Source: a bacterium (GTDB lineage: Bacteria > Patescibacteriota > Minisyncoccia > UBA6257 > JAGOQP01). From it: a stretch of DNA of 64,000 nt. The notes beneath the pieces were generated by a model. That model saw only the letters and a program-made list of their open reading frames with translations, did not search any database and had not been told where the DNA came from. The stretch lies in assembly GCA_021814695.1 (NCBI GenBank), contig JAKAHY010000005.1, forward strand, positions 1,364 to 65,363, in the 5' to 3' direction. A program made the position numbers and the translations under genes. Positions 10,962-20,478 of the stretch are shown piece by piece. Each line of letters begins with the position of its first letter. Position 1 is the stretch's first letter.

Positions 10962-11324
10962 TTAATTAATCGATGCCAAGTAATATATAACCATCAAGCC
11001 CACGACCATGATAAAACACCCCGAAAAACTCACCAGATATGCAAGAATCTTTTCCCTATAAAACAACCAGAACGCAAGCGCCTGATCAATCGCAAAAATA
11101 ACAGCAAACGTGATTATCAGCCATGCGATATCCCCCGCTGAACCGATAACGTCAACCTCTCTTTGGAAGTTAGTATGCAGTATCATGTTTTTTTCGAGCG
11201 GGAAGAGTTGAACATAGGCAATTCCGAAGGCTATCGCCCACAAAACAATGCCCGTTACGATAACGGACAGAATATATTTATCCAGGATAAATCTCCTAAG
11301 TTTGTGAGGGACATTTATCAGCAT
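10962..11324 (-). CDS. Membrane protein, three TM helices
   Basis: Hydrophobic ORF with ILHTNFQREVDVIG loop, resembling DUF1648-type proteins. Confidence 0.7.
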   Translation of the reverse strand: MLINVPHKLRRFILDKYILSVIVTGIVLWAIAFGIAYVQLFPLEKNMILHTNFQREVDVIGSAGDIAWLIITFAVIFAIDQALAFWLFYREKILAYLVSFSGCFIMVVGLMVIYYLASIN

Positions 11325-11410
11325 AAACTGGATTGTATCTGAATTCGGGCCCTAATTCAACAGCAAAATAAAACATTGAGAGCAATATAATAGCGTGATA
11401 AAATCAAGAA

Positions 11411-12268
11411 ATGGAAGTACTGACTTTGGGACCGATAAAAGATTATGAATTGATTGATTCCGGCGACGAACAGAAACTGGAGAGATTCGGTGAATATGTT
11501 CTCTCAAGACCCGACCCGAATGCGGTTTGGCCAAGAAAGCTCTCCGATTCCTCCTGGAAAAATGCCGACGCTATTTTTCATAAGGAAAAATTAATAACCG
11601 GAAAACATTGGGAAAACAAGAGGGTTAAGGAGCCTTGGAAATTTTCTTTCGAAAATATTACCATGAATCTTTATCTCTCCCCTTTTAAGCATACCGGTTT
11701 ATTTCCCGAACAAATTCTTAACTGGCAGTGGTTTGGAAAGATTATGGAAAGCTGTGGAGGCAGTTGTCATATTCTCAATCTTTTTGGATATACCGGCGGA
11801 GCCACCTTATATGCCGCTTCCAAAGGGGCCAATGTAACCCACGTTGATGCTTCAAAGCCTTCTATAAATTGGGCTCGCCAAAATCAAAAACTCAGCGGAC
11901 TTGAGGATGCTCCAATACGCTGGATAGTAGACGATGTGGCTAAATTTGTCTCAAGAGAGACAAAAAGGGGGCATAAATATGATGCGGTCATAATGGATCC
12001 CCCGGCTTTTGGACGGGACCAAAAAGGAAAAGTATTCAAGTTCGAAAAAGACATTCCTAAATTATTGCAGCTTATAAAACAAGTAGTTACTCCCAACCCG
12101 CTTTTCTTTCTGTTTAACAGCTATTCTCTCGGATATTCACCGACGGTCATAAAAAATCTACTGGGAGAAATTTTGCCAATAGATAAGATAGAGTCCGGTG
12201 AGTTGCAAATAAAAGAAAAAAATACCGCGCGGTGCTTGCCGTGCGGAGTGTTTGCAAGATACGAGTAA
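11411..12268 (+). CDS. RlmI/RlmK-like SAM-dependent methyltransferase
   Basis: YELIDSGD, KHTGLFPEQ, LNLFGYTGG and MDPPAFG. Confidence 0.88.
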   Translation: MEVLTLGPIKDYELIDSGDEQKLERFGEYVLSRPDPNAVWPRKLSDSSWKNADAIFHKEKLITGKHWENKRVKEPWKFSFENITMNLYLSPFKHTGLFPEQILNWQWFGKIMESCGGSCHILNLFGYTGGATLYAASKGANVTHVDASKPSINWARQNQKLSGLEDAPIRWIVDDVAKFVSRETKRGHKYDAVIMDPPAFGRDQKGKVFKFEKDIPKLLQLIKQVVTPNPLFFLFNSYSLGYSPTVIKNLLGEILPIDKIESGELQIKEKNTARCLPCGVFARYE

Positions 12269-12273
12269 TTTTA

Positions 12274-12675
12274 TCAAAAGAATCTGGGCCTGTTCCCTTC
12301 CGCCAAATCCCTGACAACAGCAGGAAAGCTTTTCTTTCCGCTTTCTATTTTGATGCTTCTGCGATTGGCAAAAACAATCTTTTTCTTATAACCGAGACAC
12401 AATAGAGTATACGTCACCCCAATATCGAAGTGAGATCCGGAGCTTGTCTTGTCATACCAGATATGGACTTCGTCGGCATTGAAAATAGCCCTAAAATTAT
12501 CCAATAGAATTCTGGTCCCGACAGGATCATCCTGATTTGTGTCATATAAAGGCCAGTGAACCCGATATCCCTTTTTCCCCAATTTTTCTACATATTTTCT
12601 GATCTTATCGTTTACTTCATCCTTAACATCACGAACGGGACAAATAAGAAAAATCCTTTTGGTTTTCTTTTTCAC
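12274..12675 (-). CDS. Nucleoside 2-deoxyribosyltransferase-like protein
   Basis: IFLICPVR...ADEVHIWYD..SSGSHFDIG pattern; own promoter TTGCAA-16-TATAAT. Confidence 0.6.
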   Translation of the reverse strand: MKKKTKRIFLICPVRDVKDEVNDKIRKYVEKLGKKGYRVHWPLYDTNQDDPVGTRILLDNFRAIFNADEVHIWYDKTSSGSHFDIGVTYTLLCLGYKKKIVFANRRSIKIESGKKSFPAVVRDLAEGNRPRFF

Positions 12676-12787
12676 CTTGGCATCCTCGTATGAACTGCCT
12701 GCATTATATTATTTCGCAGGCTCTTTGCAAGTATTTGTGCCTGAAGGGCTATTTTGATACCTTTAATTCAGAACAAGGAGCGGGCAT

Positions 12788-13192
12788 ATGAAGCTAAAAC
12801 AGCTTCTACTGTGTATATTTCTTCTGTTTCCAAGCGTTTCATCCGAATGGCCGATCCCCAAGGTAATAGCTTCCGGTAAGGGAATGCAAATTGTCGAGAA
12901 TAAGTTGCCGGTTTCATTCCTGTGGTTTGTGGGAATATCATTGTCCGAAGAAAATAACGTCTACGCCCTGTTGCCCATCCATAACAACGGGACGGACAGA
13001 AACAGATTTGAGTCATCGGGAATTGACGTCATCTTTCACGATAATGAAAGTATTTTTATTAAAATTGTTCTGGAAACGAACAAAATGGATTCCCGCCAAA
13101 TAACCCGCGCCGTCATAAAAAAACTGGAATCGGTAGATTCTCGCCTTATGTTTTTCTTAGACGACAGCACTCTTTACGTACCCCGCCCATAA
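12788..13192 (+). CDS. Hypothetical secreted protein (ORFan cassette)
   Basis: AAGGAG upstream of ATG; signal-peptide-like N-terminus. Confidence 0.6.
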   Translation: MKLKQLLLCIFLLFPSVSSEWPIPKVIASGKGMQIVENKLPVSFLWFVGISLSEENNVYALLPIHNNGTDRNRFESSGIDVIFHDNESIFIKIVLETNKMDSRQITRAVIKKLESVDSRLMFFLDDSTLYVPRP

Positions 13193-13234
13193 AGCGGGAT
13201 TTTGTTTAAAAAGGACGGCTATATACAGCCGCCA

Positions 13235-13804
13235 TTATTTAATGTACTCACGCCAGAGAGGATCCCAATCTTTCTTGAATACCGCCAGCATAACTTCGTC
13301 CCAATATCTTCCTTTGCGAAAGTGCTGGTTTTTTCTTACCCCCTCAACCTTATAACCACAATGAAGATTGTGACCGATACTCCTTCCGTTATACGAAAGA
13401 GCCGAGGAACAAATTTTTCTTAGGTTCAGCGTACTGAAAGCGTAGTTTAACAGATTCATTTTAGCGTCGGTCCCGAAACCCTTGCCCCAGAATTCTTTTT
13501 CACCAATCAGCGCTCCGGTAAAGGCGGTGCGAGATATCCAATCTATCCGATGAAGACCCATAGTGCCGATAGGGATTTTGCTGTCTTTTATCTCAATAAC
13601 AAGAATTACATTTTTATCGTCTTTATTGGCATTTTCTATCCACTCCCTTTCCCGCTTGATTCCTGAAGGAAAGACCGCAGAAACAAAATGTCTAACTTCC
13701 GGATCATTTATCCAACGATAAAACAATTCGACGTCGGTATTAATATCGGGAGGCCTAAGAATTACTTTTTTACCAATAATGAATACTGTTTTTTGGTTTT
13801 CCAC
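13235..13804 (-). CDS. GNAT acetyltransferase, RimJ/RimL family
   Basis: WGKGFGTDA acetyl-CoA motif; FSTLNLRKI; GYKVEGVRK. Confidence 0.92.
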   Translation of the reverse strand: MENQKTVFIIGKKVILRPPDINTDVELFYRWINDPEVRHFVSAVFPSGIKREREWIENANKDDKNVILVIEIKDSKIPIGTMGLHRIDWISRTAFTGALIGEKEFWGKGFGTDAKMNLLNYAFSTLNLRKICSSALSYNGRSIGHNLHCGYKVEGVRKNQHFRKGRYWDEVMLAVFKKDWDPLWREYIK

Positions 13805-13833
13805 TTTCCCCTCCTTTTTGGGTTGTTAAGGTT

Positions 13834-13989
13834 CAAAAACTGCTCCGGTCATCGGAGCAGTTTTTGGTTTCAAATGTCAAAAAGTATTGTTTATATATTT
13901 AAAATCAAAGATTGCTCCAATGAAAGCCGGCCTCCGTTAAGGGATGCCGGGCAAATCATATTAATTTGGAACAACCCGTGTTTATACAT
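13834..13989 (-). promoter_or_regulatory. Putative leader-peptide attenuator upstream of the GNAT
   Basis: 32-codon leader ORF (13989-13891), terminator hairpin 13834-13866 and a competing strand at 13906-13920. Confidence 0.55.
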
Positions 13990-14040
13990 AATTTTATTGC
14001 TTGTATTGTACATAACGATAAACAAATCAATTTGTTTCAT

Positions 14041-14148
14041 TTTTTGTGGCCCCTGCCTACCGGCAGGCAGGCAACACGGGGGTTCGCCGTTCGAATCCCG
14101 AGGGCAAAAACAAAACATCCCGCTTACGCGGGTATGTTTTTGTTTTTG
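14041..14148 (-). repeat. tRNA-Glu trailer: hairpin, inverted T-arm copy and degenerate direct repeat
   Basis: Hairpin 14105-14148; GTTCGAATCCCGA at 14089-14101 is an inverted copy of the T-arm; tttttgtggccc at 14041 resembles tttttgtgaccc at 14143. Confidence 0.7.
14052..14071. repeat. REP-like palindrome CCTGCCTACCGGCAGGCAGG (copy 1)
   Basis: Identical to 28160-28179. Confidence 0.9.
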
Positions 14149-14223
14149 TGACCCCATCGGGATTCGAACCCGAGTTTTCGCGATGAGAACGCGACGTCCT
14201 GGACCGGACTAGACGATAGGGCC
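14149..14223 (-). tRNA. tRNA-Glu(CTC)
   Basis: GGCCCTA/TGGGGTC acceptor, TCGCG-TTCTCAT-CGCGA anticodon arm and TTCGAAT T-loop. Confidence 0.96.
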
Positions 14224-14241
14224 AATAACACACTACTTTTA

Positions 14242-15492
14242 TCACATAGCTCGCACTTCTTCAACTATTTTATCCAGTCCTACGACGCGAGAGCCCTTTA
14301 TCAAAATCAAATCCCCTTTTTTGATAACCTCCTGAAGTTTTAAGCCCGCCTCTCTAGCTTCGTCAAATGAGAATACGGATCTTTCATCCATATCCTTTTT
14401 TATAGCTCTTTGGGCAATAAACCTCGCTCTGGGCCCTACGGTAATAAGAATATCGGTACAAGAAGGAACCAGATCTCCTATCGTCTCATGAGCTTTAACC
14501 GTATAATCGCCCAACTCCATCATATCCCCCAGTACCGCAATCTTCCGTGTATGAGACACCATTTTGAGCGTTTTTAGGGCCATCTCCAGAGCTATCGGAG
14601 AGGAATTATAACTTTCATCGACAATCTGGGTTAATTTGATCCCCTCAATGATTACCGAGCGTCCTTTTATGGGGGCATAGTTTAACGTAAAGGCATTGGC
14701 GGACTCTATGAGATTAACTTCAAAAATAGTACCAACACAAGCAGCACAGGCGGCCGCATAAGCATGGGATATGGAAAATGCGTTCTTTAAGATAATCGGA
14801 ACGGAAGCTCCTTGATTTTCCATTTTAAAAGCAATTCCGTCTATTCTTCCTTCATCAATCATGTGCTTGAAATTGGATATCCTGACATCGGAATCTTTTT
14901 CAAATCCGAAAGTTACCGTCTTGGCACGGGTTTTTTCTTTGAGTTTAGTGATTATCGGATCATCTGAATTCAAAACGGCATAATCATCCACCGAGAGTTC
15001 AAAGATCAGTTTTCCTTTTTCTCTGGCAACTTGTTCTATGCCTTGAGGATAATTTTCTACATGGACGGGAAGCTGCCCGATTGCCGAAATTACCGCAACG
15101 TGCGGCTTGGCAATGGACATTAATTCCGTAATATCTCCGGGCTTATCAGCTCCGTATTCCAAAACTAACATTCGAGGATATGAATTTCTGGATTCAAATA
15201 TCAAATGCCAAAATCCAACCGATAAAACTTTTATCCAAAAAAACCACACCGGCCTGGATACCTTGGAATAATTCCCGATAATCGAAAGCGGCACCCCTAG
15301 TTCGTTATTGAAATTGGCCGATGTTTTTCTGGCATAAAATCTGTTCTTGAGTGCGGCCCAAATAGCCTCTTTAGAAGAAGTTTTTCCGACACTTCCGGTA
15401 ACAACAATGATAGCCGGCTTAAATCGTCTTATGGTCAGCCTTGATATAAAAACAAGGATAGATTTTAGAAACGAAATTATTTTCTTTTTCAT
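14242..15492 (-). CDS. murF: UDP-N-acetylmuramoyl-tripeptide--D-Ala-D-Ala ligase
   Basis: VTGSVGKTSSKE, NFNNELGVP, DESYNSSP, LGDMMELG and IKGSR. Confidence 0.95.
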   Translation of the reverse strand: MKKKIISFLKSILVFISRLTIRRFKPAIIVVTGSVGKTSSKEAIWAALKNRFYARKTSANFNNELGVPLSIIGNYSKVSRPVWFFWIKVLSVGFWHLIFESRNSYPRMLVLEYGADKPGDITELMSIAKPHVAVISAIGQLPVHVENYPQGIEQVAREKGKLIFELSVDDYAVLNSDDPIITKLKEKTRAKTVTFGFEKDSDVRISNFKHMIDEGRIDGIAFKMENQGASVPIILKNAFSISHAYAAACAACVGTIFEVNLIESANAFTLNYAPIKGRSVIIEGIKLTQIVDESYNSSPIALEMALKTLKMVSHTRKIAVLGDMMELGDYTVKAHETIGDLVPSCTDILITVGPRARFIAQRAIKKDMDERSVFSFDEAREAGLKLQEVIKKGDLILIKGSRVVGLDKIVEEVRAM

Positions 15493-15500
15493 CGGTTAAA

Positions 15501-17159
15501 TTAACGGCTTGAAGACGTTTGGGACGGCCTGTCCGGGGCAATATTATAGTAATTGAGGAGAAATTCAACCATTGTTCTGAATTGGGGCACGACGGTTTCT
15601 CCGGCCAAGGGAGCGTTTTGCGGCCTATCCAGTTTTATAAAAACGGTGAATTTGGGATTGGAGGCAGGGGCATAACCTATAAAAGTATTAATCAGCTTCT
15701 CATGGTTATATCCTTTAACATCATAATCCGTGGTATAAGCAGTTCCGGTTTTTCCGGCAACTTCATATTGGGAAATGGCGGCGACTTTGTTCACATCCAC
15801 TGCCGATACCATCATTTTGGTTACTTTTTGCGCAGTATCCTGGCTGATAACCCTTCTGACAACCTGAGGTTGTTCGTTTGCCAGTATCAACGGTTTCATC
15901 AAAAGTCCCCCGTTAGCAACAGCGGAAAACGCCGTGACTAACTGGATTGGAGTCGCTGTAATCCCCTGACCATAAGAAGCGGTCGAATAATTGGAGCCTA
16001 TGCCACTGTTTAGATTGCTTAAATTACCCGCAAGTTCTCCGGGGAGTTCTATGCCTGATTTTGCTCCAAATCCGAATTTCTTGATGTAATCGGTGAATAT
16101 TGAATTGCCTATTTGTTTTTGGGCAAATACTGCTCCGACATTGAGAGAATGCTCAATAACATTAGTCATTGTTATTTTCCCGTAAGGTCCATGAGTTTTG
16201 TAATCCCAATTGCAAATAGTCCATTTGCTATCCAGTTTTACACAAGCGGTATCAACATATGTCGTATCGGGAGTAATTTTACCAGAATCTATTCCGGTGG
16301 ACATCGTAATTACCTTAAACACCGATCCTGGTTCGTAAGGAAGCTGAACCGCATTGTTTATGAAATTATTAAGGGGATAATCCTGATAATTGTTGGGATC
16401 AAACGTAGGAACCGATGCCATTGCCAAAATCTTACCGGTGGAAGGCTCTTGAACAATCATCGTAGCGCCGGCGGCGTGCCACTGCTTATTTAAAGCATCA
16501 ATCAACAACTCCGCTTCATTTTGAATATTTCTGTCAATTGTCAGATAAATATCCTGTCCATTTTGAACATCCTGTATTGTCCCGCCCTCAACCCCACCAC
16601 CGGAACCGCGAAGCTCACTGTTATATTCCAATTCCAATCCATATCTTCCGGCAAGTTCGCCGTCATTACCCGGAGAGATAAACCCGAGCACCTGTGAGGC
16701 CATAGTGCCAAACGGATATGAACGGTAAATTTTTGGCCTTAAATATACCCCCTTCAAATTCAAATCTTTTATTTGCTGGACTTGTTCGTCTGTGGCCTTT
16801 TCTATGAGCAAGGTATATTGGCTCTTTGGCCTGGACAAACTAGCGACCAAAGATTTAACGTCTTTTCCGGTTATGGGAGCTAATTCGGTCGCTGCCTCTT
16901 GCGGATCCGAAATTTCTATAGGAACGGCATAAGCAGTCTCAAATTCTTTGTTTAAAACAATCGGAGTAAAAACTCCATTTTTATCGGAAGCGTAAATAAT
17001 CCCCCTTGACGGTATAAAATATCCCATAGCTTCACCTTGAGCCTGGGCCTTAGCGACATAGTTTGCTTTATTATCTATCTGAACCGTATAGAGATAGGCT
17101 CCAAGAATCCCAAAAAAAGCCAAAAACGATATTCGAATTAGCCATAATCTCCACTTCAT
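15501..17159 (-). CDS. ftsI: Class B penicillin-binding protein (FtsI-like)
   Basis: EPGSVFK (SxxK), SLN and KTGT motifs; N-terminal anchor; position in the dcw cluster. Confidence 0.85.
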   Translation of the reverse strand: MKWRLWLIRISFLAFFGILGAYLYTVQIDNKANYVAKAQAQGEAMGYFIPSRGIIYASDKNGVFTPIVLNKEFETAYAVPIEISDPQEAATELAPITGKDVKSLVASLSRPKSQYTLLIEKATDEQVQQIKDLNLKGVYLRPKIYRSYPFGTMASQVLGFISPGNDGELAGRYGLELEYNSELRGSGGGVEGGTIQDVQNGQDIYLTIDRNIQNEAELLIDALNKQWHAAGATMIVQEPSTGKILAMASVPTFDPNNYQDYPLNNFINNAVQLPYEPGSVFKVITMSTGIDSGKITPDTTYVDTACVKLDSKWTICNWDYKTHGPYGKITMTNVIEHSLNVGAVFAQKQIGNSIFTDYIKKFGFGAKSGIELPGELAGNLSNLNSGIGSNYSTASYGQGITATPIQLVTAFSAVANGGLLMKPLILANEQPQVVRRVISQDTAQKVTKMMVSAVDVNKVAAISQYEVAGKTGTAYTTDYDVKGYNHEKLINTFIGYAPASNPKFTVFIKLDRPQNAPLAGETVVPQFRTMVEFLLNYYNIAPDRPSQTSSSR

Positions 17160-17163
17160 AAGT

Positions 17164-17478
17164 TTAGTTAGTCGCTTGCGACACGACGCTTAATGTAGAG
17201 GAGTAGGAAGGATTTTTATCGAGAATAAATCCTGTTGTCTGGATAAAATTAGGATCATAAGCTCCATCCAAAAGTTTATTAAGTTTGTTTCCCAATTCAG
17301 CTGTTTGAACTTGAATTTTAGCAAGTAAATCTTCGTTGTTTGAAACGTCGTGTCTAAGACTTATAAGACGAATGTAAAGAAAAACACCACAAACAGCCGA
17401 AATGATAAGAACGGCTATCATAACCACTATAAGCGAATTGATTTTCAGATCTCTTTTTCCGAACTCTATGACTGTCAT
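17164..17478 (-). CDS. FtsL-like cell division protein
   Basis: Single TM helix plus coiled coil between rsmH and the PBP gene; assignment rests on synteny. Confidence 0.6.
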   Translation of the reverse strand: MTVIEFGKRDLKINSLIVVMIAVLIISAVCGVFLYIRLISLRHDVSNNEDLLAKIQVQTAELGNKLNKLLDGAYDPNFIQTTGFILDKNPSYSSTLSVVSQATN

Positions 17479-17490
17479 ATATTAATAAAT

Positions 17491-17517
17491 GGTAACCGGT
17501 AATTGGTAATTAGTTAT
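17491..17517. repeat. Heptamer tandem repeat
   Basis: ggtaacc ggtaatt ggtaatt agttat. Confidence 0.65.
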
Positions 17518-17531
17518 AAAAAATAAAAACA

Positions 17532-18434
17532 TCAGATAAATTCCAAGACTCTTAATTTGGCTGAACGGCTTTTGGGATTTCGCGCAACTTCTTCTCGTGA
17601 TGCCGTAATGGGTTTTTTTGTGATAATTTTTGCCAATCCCTCTTTTTTAAAATCGGCGAACGCATTTTTTACTATTCTGTCTTCAAGCGAGTGAAAAGAG
17701 ATAATGGATACTATTCCGCCTTTAGCAACCAGTGTCGGAACTTTCTGTAGGAACTCGGAAAGGTTTCTCAATTCATCATTCACATATATCCGTAATGCCT
17801 GAAAAGTTTTGGTGGCAGGATTGATTCTTCCTTTTCTATAGAATGCCGGTACTGCCCCAGCAACCACTTCCGCCAATTGGGACGTCGTTTCGATTCTGTT
17901 CTTACGACGAGATTGCGCAATGGCCTTTGCAATTTGTCTTGAAAATCTTTCCTCACCGAATTTCCATATCATATCCGCCAATACCCTCTCATCTGTCGAG
18001 TTAACCGCTTCCGCCGCCGAAATACCCGAGGTCATGTCATAACGCATATCCAAGCGTTCGTCTTTCTGGAAAGTAAATCCTCTTCCGGAATCATCCAGAT
18101 GAAAAGAAGAAAACCCTAAATCCAAAAGTATTCCATCCGGCTTTCCAAGATGATTTTGCTCCAGAATATAATCCAAGTCTTTATAATTTCCCCACTCCAC
18201 TCGGATATCACATTTATGTCCGGAAAAGTCTTTCATAAACGATTCCTTAATCTTTTCGAGTAAATCTATATCCAGGTCTATTCCCAAAAAACTTCCTCCG
18301 GGCATTATTTTAGAAATTATTTCCCGGGCATGCCCTCCTCCGTCTATTGTGCCATCAACGATGAATTTCCCCTTGGAAAGATTCAGGGATTCAAGCACTT
18401 CTTTTAAAAGAACCGGAATGTGCCTTACCGTCAT
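17532..18434 (-). CDS. rsmH: 16S rRNA m4C1402 methyltransferase
   Basis: HIPVLLKE, LDLGFSS, LDMR, TFQALRIYVN, ISFHSLED and SRSAKLR. Confidence 0.98.
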   Translation of the reverse strand: MTVRHIPVLLKEVLESLNLSKGKFIVDGTIDGGGHAREIISKIMPGGSFLGIDLDIDLLEKIKESFMKDFSGHKCDIRVEWGNYKDLDYILEQNHLGKPDGILLDLGFSSFHLDDSGRGFTFQKDERLDMRYDMTSGISAAEAVNSTDERVLADMIWKFGEERFSRQIAKAIAQSRRKNRIETTSQLAEVVAGAVPAFYRKGRINPATKTFQALRIYVNDELRNLSEFLQKVPTLVAKGGIVSIISFHSLEDRIVKNAFADFKKEGLAKIITKKPITASREEVARNPKSRSAKLRVLEFI

Positions 18435-18862
18435 ATCCCCAATTGCCCTAATTTTTCGGCAATTTCATCGGAGGCACTCTCTGTTTTTGATTTATAGCGA
18501 TTCCATTCATCTTCATCCCAAATTTCAATGCGATTATAAAGTCCGGTCACTACGGATTTCTTTGAAAGCTTAGCGTATGCCCGTAAATTTTCCGGAATAA
18601 GAATTCTTCCCTGATTATCAAATTCCACATCTCCGGCCCCGGCCAACATCAATCGAACAAATGCTCTGGAGTCGGATTGTGAGAGAGGAAGGTTAACCAG
18701 CTTGTTTGCTAGTGCGTCCCACTCTTTTTGCGGAAACAGAAAAAGACACTTATCCAATCCCCTGGTTATAATTGCGCCCCCACTAAGACTCGCGCGAAAT
18801 TTAGCCGGAATGGCCAATCTGCCTTTGCTGTCTATTGTGTGTTTGAATTCTCCCAAAAACAT
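18431..18862 (-). CDS. mraZ: Transcriptional regulator MraZ
   Basis: MFLGEFKHTIDSKGRLAIP and DNQGRILIP. Confidence 0.98.
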   Translation of the reverse strand: MFLGEFKHTIDSKGRLAIPAKFRASLSGGAIITRGLDKCLFLFPQKEWDALANKLVNLPLSQSDSRAFVRLMLAGAGDVEFDNQGRILIPENLRAYAKLSKKSVVTGLYNRIEIWDEDEWNRYKSKTESASDEIAEKLGQLGI

Positions 18863-18864
18863 AT

Positions 18865-18979
18865 AGGTGGATAAATTATCCAGATAATTTCTAACTTTTT
18901 AACTGTTTCCACACAGTTGTCCACTTTTCCCCACTTTCATGTATTATGCGCCACAGACCCACACAAAGCAAGTGGATAA
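18865..18979 (-). promoter_or_regulatory. mraZ promoter with GTGG repeats (MraZ boxes) and DnaA-box-like sites
   Basis: ccac at 18909, 18921, 18931, 18951 and 18959; TTATCCAC-like sites at about 18865, 18876 and 18971. Confidence 0.6.
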
Positions 18980-19066
18980 GTAATTTGTTTTTGGACCGCC
19001 TCCTGTTTGGCCGGAGAGCAACAAAAAACCGCATATTTTACAATGCGGCTGAGATTAGCGGGCTGT

Positions 19067-19546
19067 TTAGAGCCGACCGTTAAACACTTTCCTGGCTTGT
19101 TGAAATGCAGTCAGGCGTTTGATATTAAAAACGGATTGCATTTCTTTTCTTAGCTCTTTCCATCGCTCATCAATAGATTCGGAATCGGATACCAAAAGAT
19201 TATGTCGGACACATACCCGAGAGTCGTCATAGTCCGGATTTTCTCCTATGATAATTATCTTGGCGATCTTCTTCCAAAAATCGTTATCACTCATTGACCC
19301 GACAAGTAATACCGTTGTTCCGAAAAGATCCAATTCAACCCCATCATCACCCCTACGCTTCAAATTAAAAAACGGAATTTGTTGTCTATCACATTCAACT
19401 TCACAACGATGTAGACTCTTTGATTCTTTTCCCCAAATAAAGTCGGTGCAGAAAAGCGCCAATGCAACATCGCTGCCGTTATTGGTAAGATAACCTGACG
19501 CATTATCAAACGACAGGTATGGAATAATTTCTATTACATCGCTCAT
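19067..19546 (-). CDS. Hypothetical protein (ORFan cassette)
   Basis: 159-aa ORF; frame is open upstream to a CTG at 19627 preceded by AAGAGG; hairpin terminator at about 19023-19050. Confidence 0.6.
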   Translation of the reverse strand: MSDVIEIIPYLSFDNASGYLTNNGSDVALALFCTDFIWGKESKSLHRCEVECDRQQIPFFNLKRRGDDGVELDLFGTTVLLVGSMSDNDFWKKIAKIIIIGENPDYDDSRVCVRHNLLVSDSESIDERWKELRKEMQSVFNIKRLTAFQQARKVFNGRL

Positions 19547-19713
19547 CTCAGAAAGACTGAGTTGAATTGCAATAGCAATATCGATATCCAGACTAACCGC
19601 CAGTAGATGAAGCGGCTTTTTTTCCAGAGCTTCCTCTTTTCAGATAGCTAAGTTTAAGCTAACACAATACACAGTAATGTAAAGTGCGCCAATATATTTC
19701 AAAGAAATACAAA

Positions 19714-20472
19714 CTATTGGGCCAGAACCGAATCAATAGTTTGTTTTACCGAAGCAAAACCATAAGCTCCATCGATAGAAGCAACCGGTTTATTGTCGGC
19801 TATAACAACGCTGTAGGGAGTGCCCCGAGCTCCGGATTTTATCGCATCCTGAATTTGAGACGATATCTTTTGATCGTAGCCGGTACCTGAAAGACAAGAG
19901 TCGAATTTTTGCATATCAAGCCCAAGACCTCTGGCTATAACATCAAGCTGGTTTGGATCAAGCTGATTATTGGAAGGCGTGATTTTAAATACCCCATCTA
20001 CGTATTTCCAAAACATATCATTACCCCCCTGCTCTGCGGCACACTCCGAAGCAACCGCTTCGTGGCGGGCCTTAGGGTGAAGTTGATCTATCGGATAATG
20101 TCTATAAACCCAAGCCACTTTATTCCCGTAGGTCGCGAGTACTTGCTCCATTGTAGGTTGAAACTGTTTGCAAAAAGGACATTCAAGATCAGAAAATTCC
20201 ACTATTTTTATCGGAGCGTCGGGATTGCCTCGAATATGATCCAGAGAGCTAACCGGAACAATGTTGTTAATGGAGGAAACGGACGCCGTCGGACCGGGAT
20301 TCTGTTGCTGTCCGGATTGATTATTTTCTCCGGCTAAAGACTGGCGATTACTAAACGCAAAAATGACAGCCGCCGATATAATCACGCCCGCAAATATAAT
20401 TGCGAACGGAATTATAAGCGGATTCTTTTCATCGATCTTTTCTTCAATAACATTCTTTTCTTTTTCGTCCAT
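19714..20472 (-). CDS. DsbA/thioredoxin-like membrane-anchored oxidoreductase
   Basis: EFSDLECPFC, VYRHYP and GTP cis-Pro loop. Confidence 0.93.
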   Translation of the reverse strand: MDEKEKNVIEEKIDEKNPLIIPFAIIFAGVIISAAVIFAFSNRQSLAGENNQSGQQQNPGPTASVSSINNIVPVSSLDHIRGNPDAPIKIVEFSDLECPFCKQFQPTMEQVLATYGNKVAWVYRHYPIDQLHPKARHEAVASECAAEQGGNDMFWKYVDGVFKITPSNNQLDPNQLDVIARGLGLDMQKFDSCLSGTGYDQKISSQIQDAIKSGARGTPYSVVIADNKPVASIDGAYGFASVKQTIDSVLAQ

Positions 20473-20478
20473 ATATTT

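Noticed and set aside
14075-14105. Extra plus-strand tRNA suggested by GTTCGAATCCC
   Set aside because: No D or anticodon arm; it is the inverted copy of the tRNA-Glu T-arm.
13688-14245. ORFs 13688-14212 and 14057-14245, and similar ones at 28190, 30029, 52107 and 53156
   Set aside because: They overlap tRNA genes and palindromes; peptides such as CLPAGRQ are translated repeats.
18865-18979. Replication origin
   Set aside because: Only three imperfect DnaA boxes, no clear unwinding element and no dnaA/dnaN nearby.
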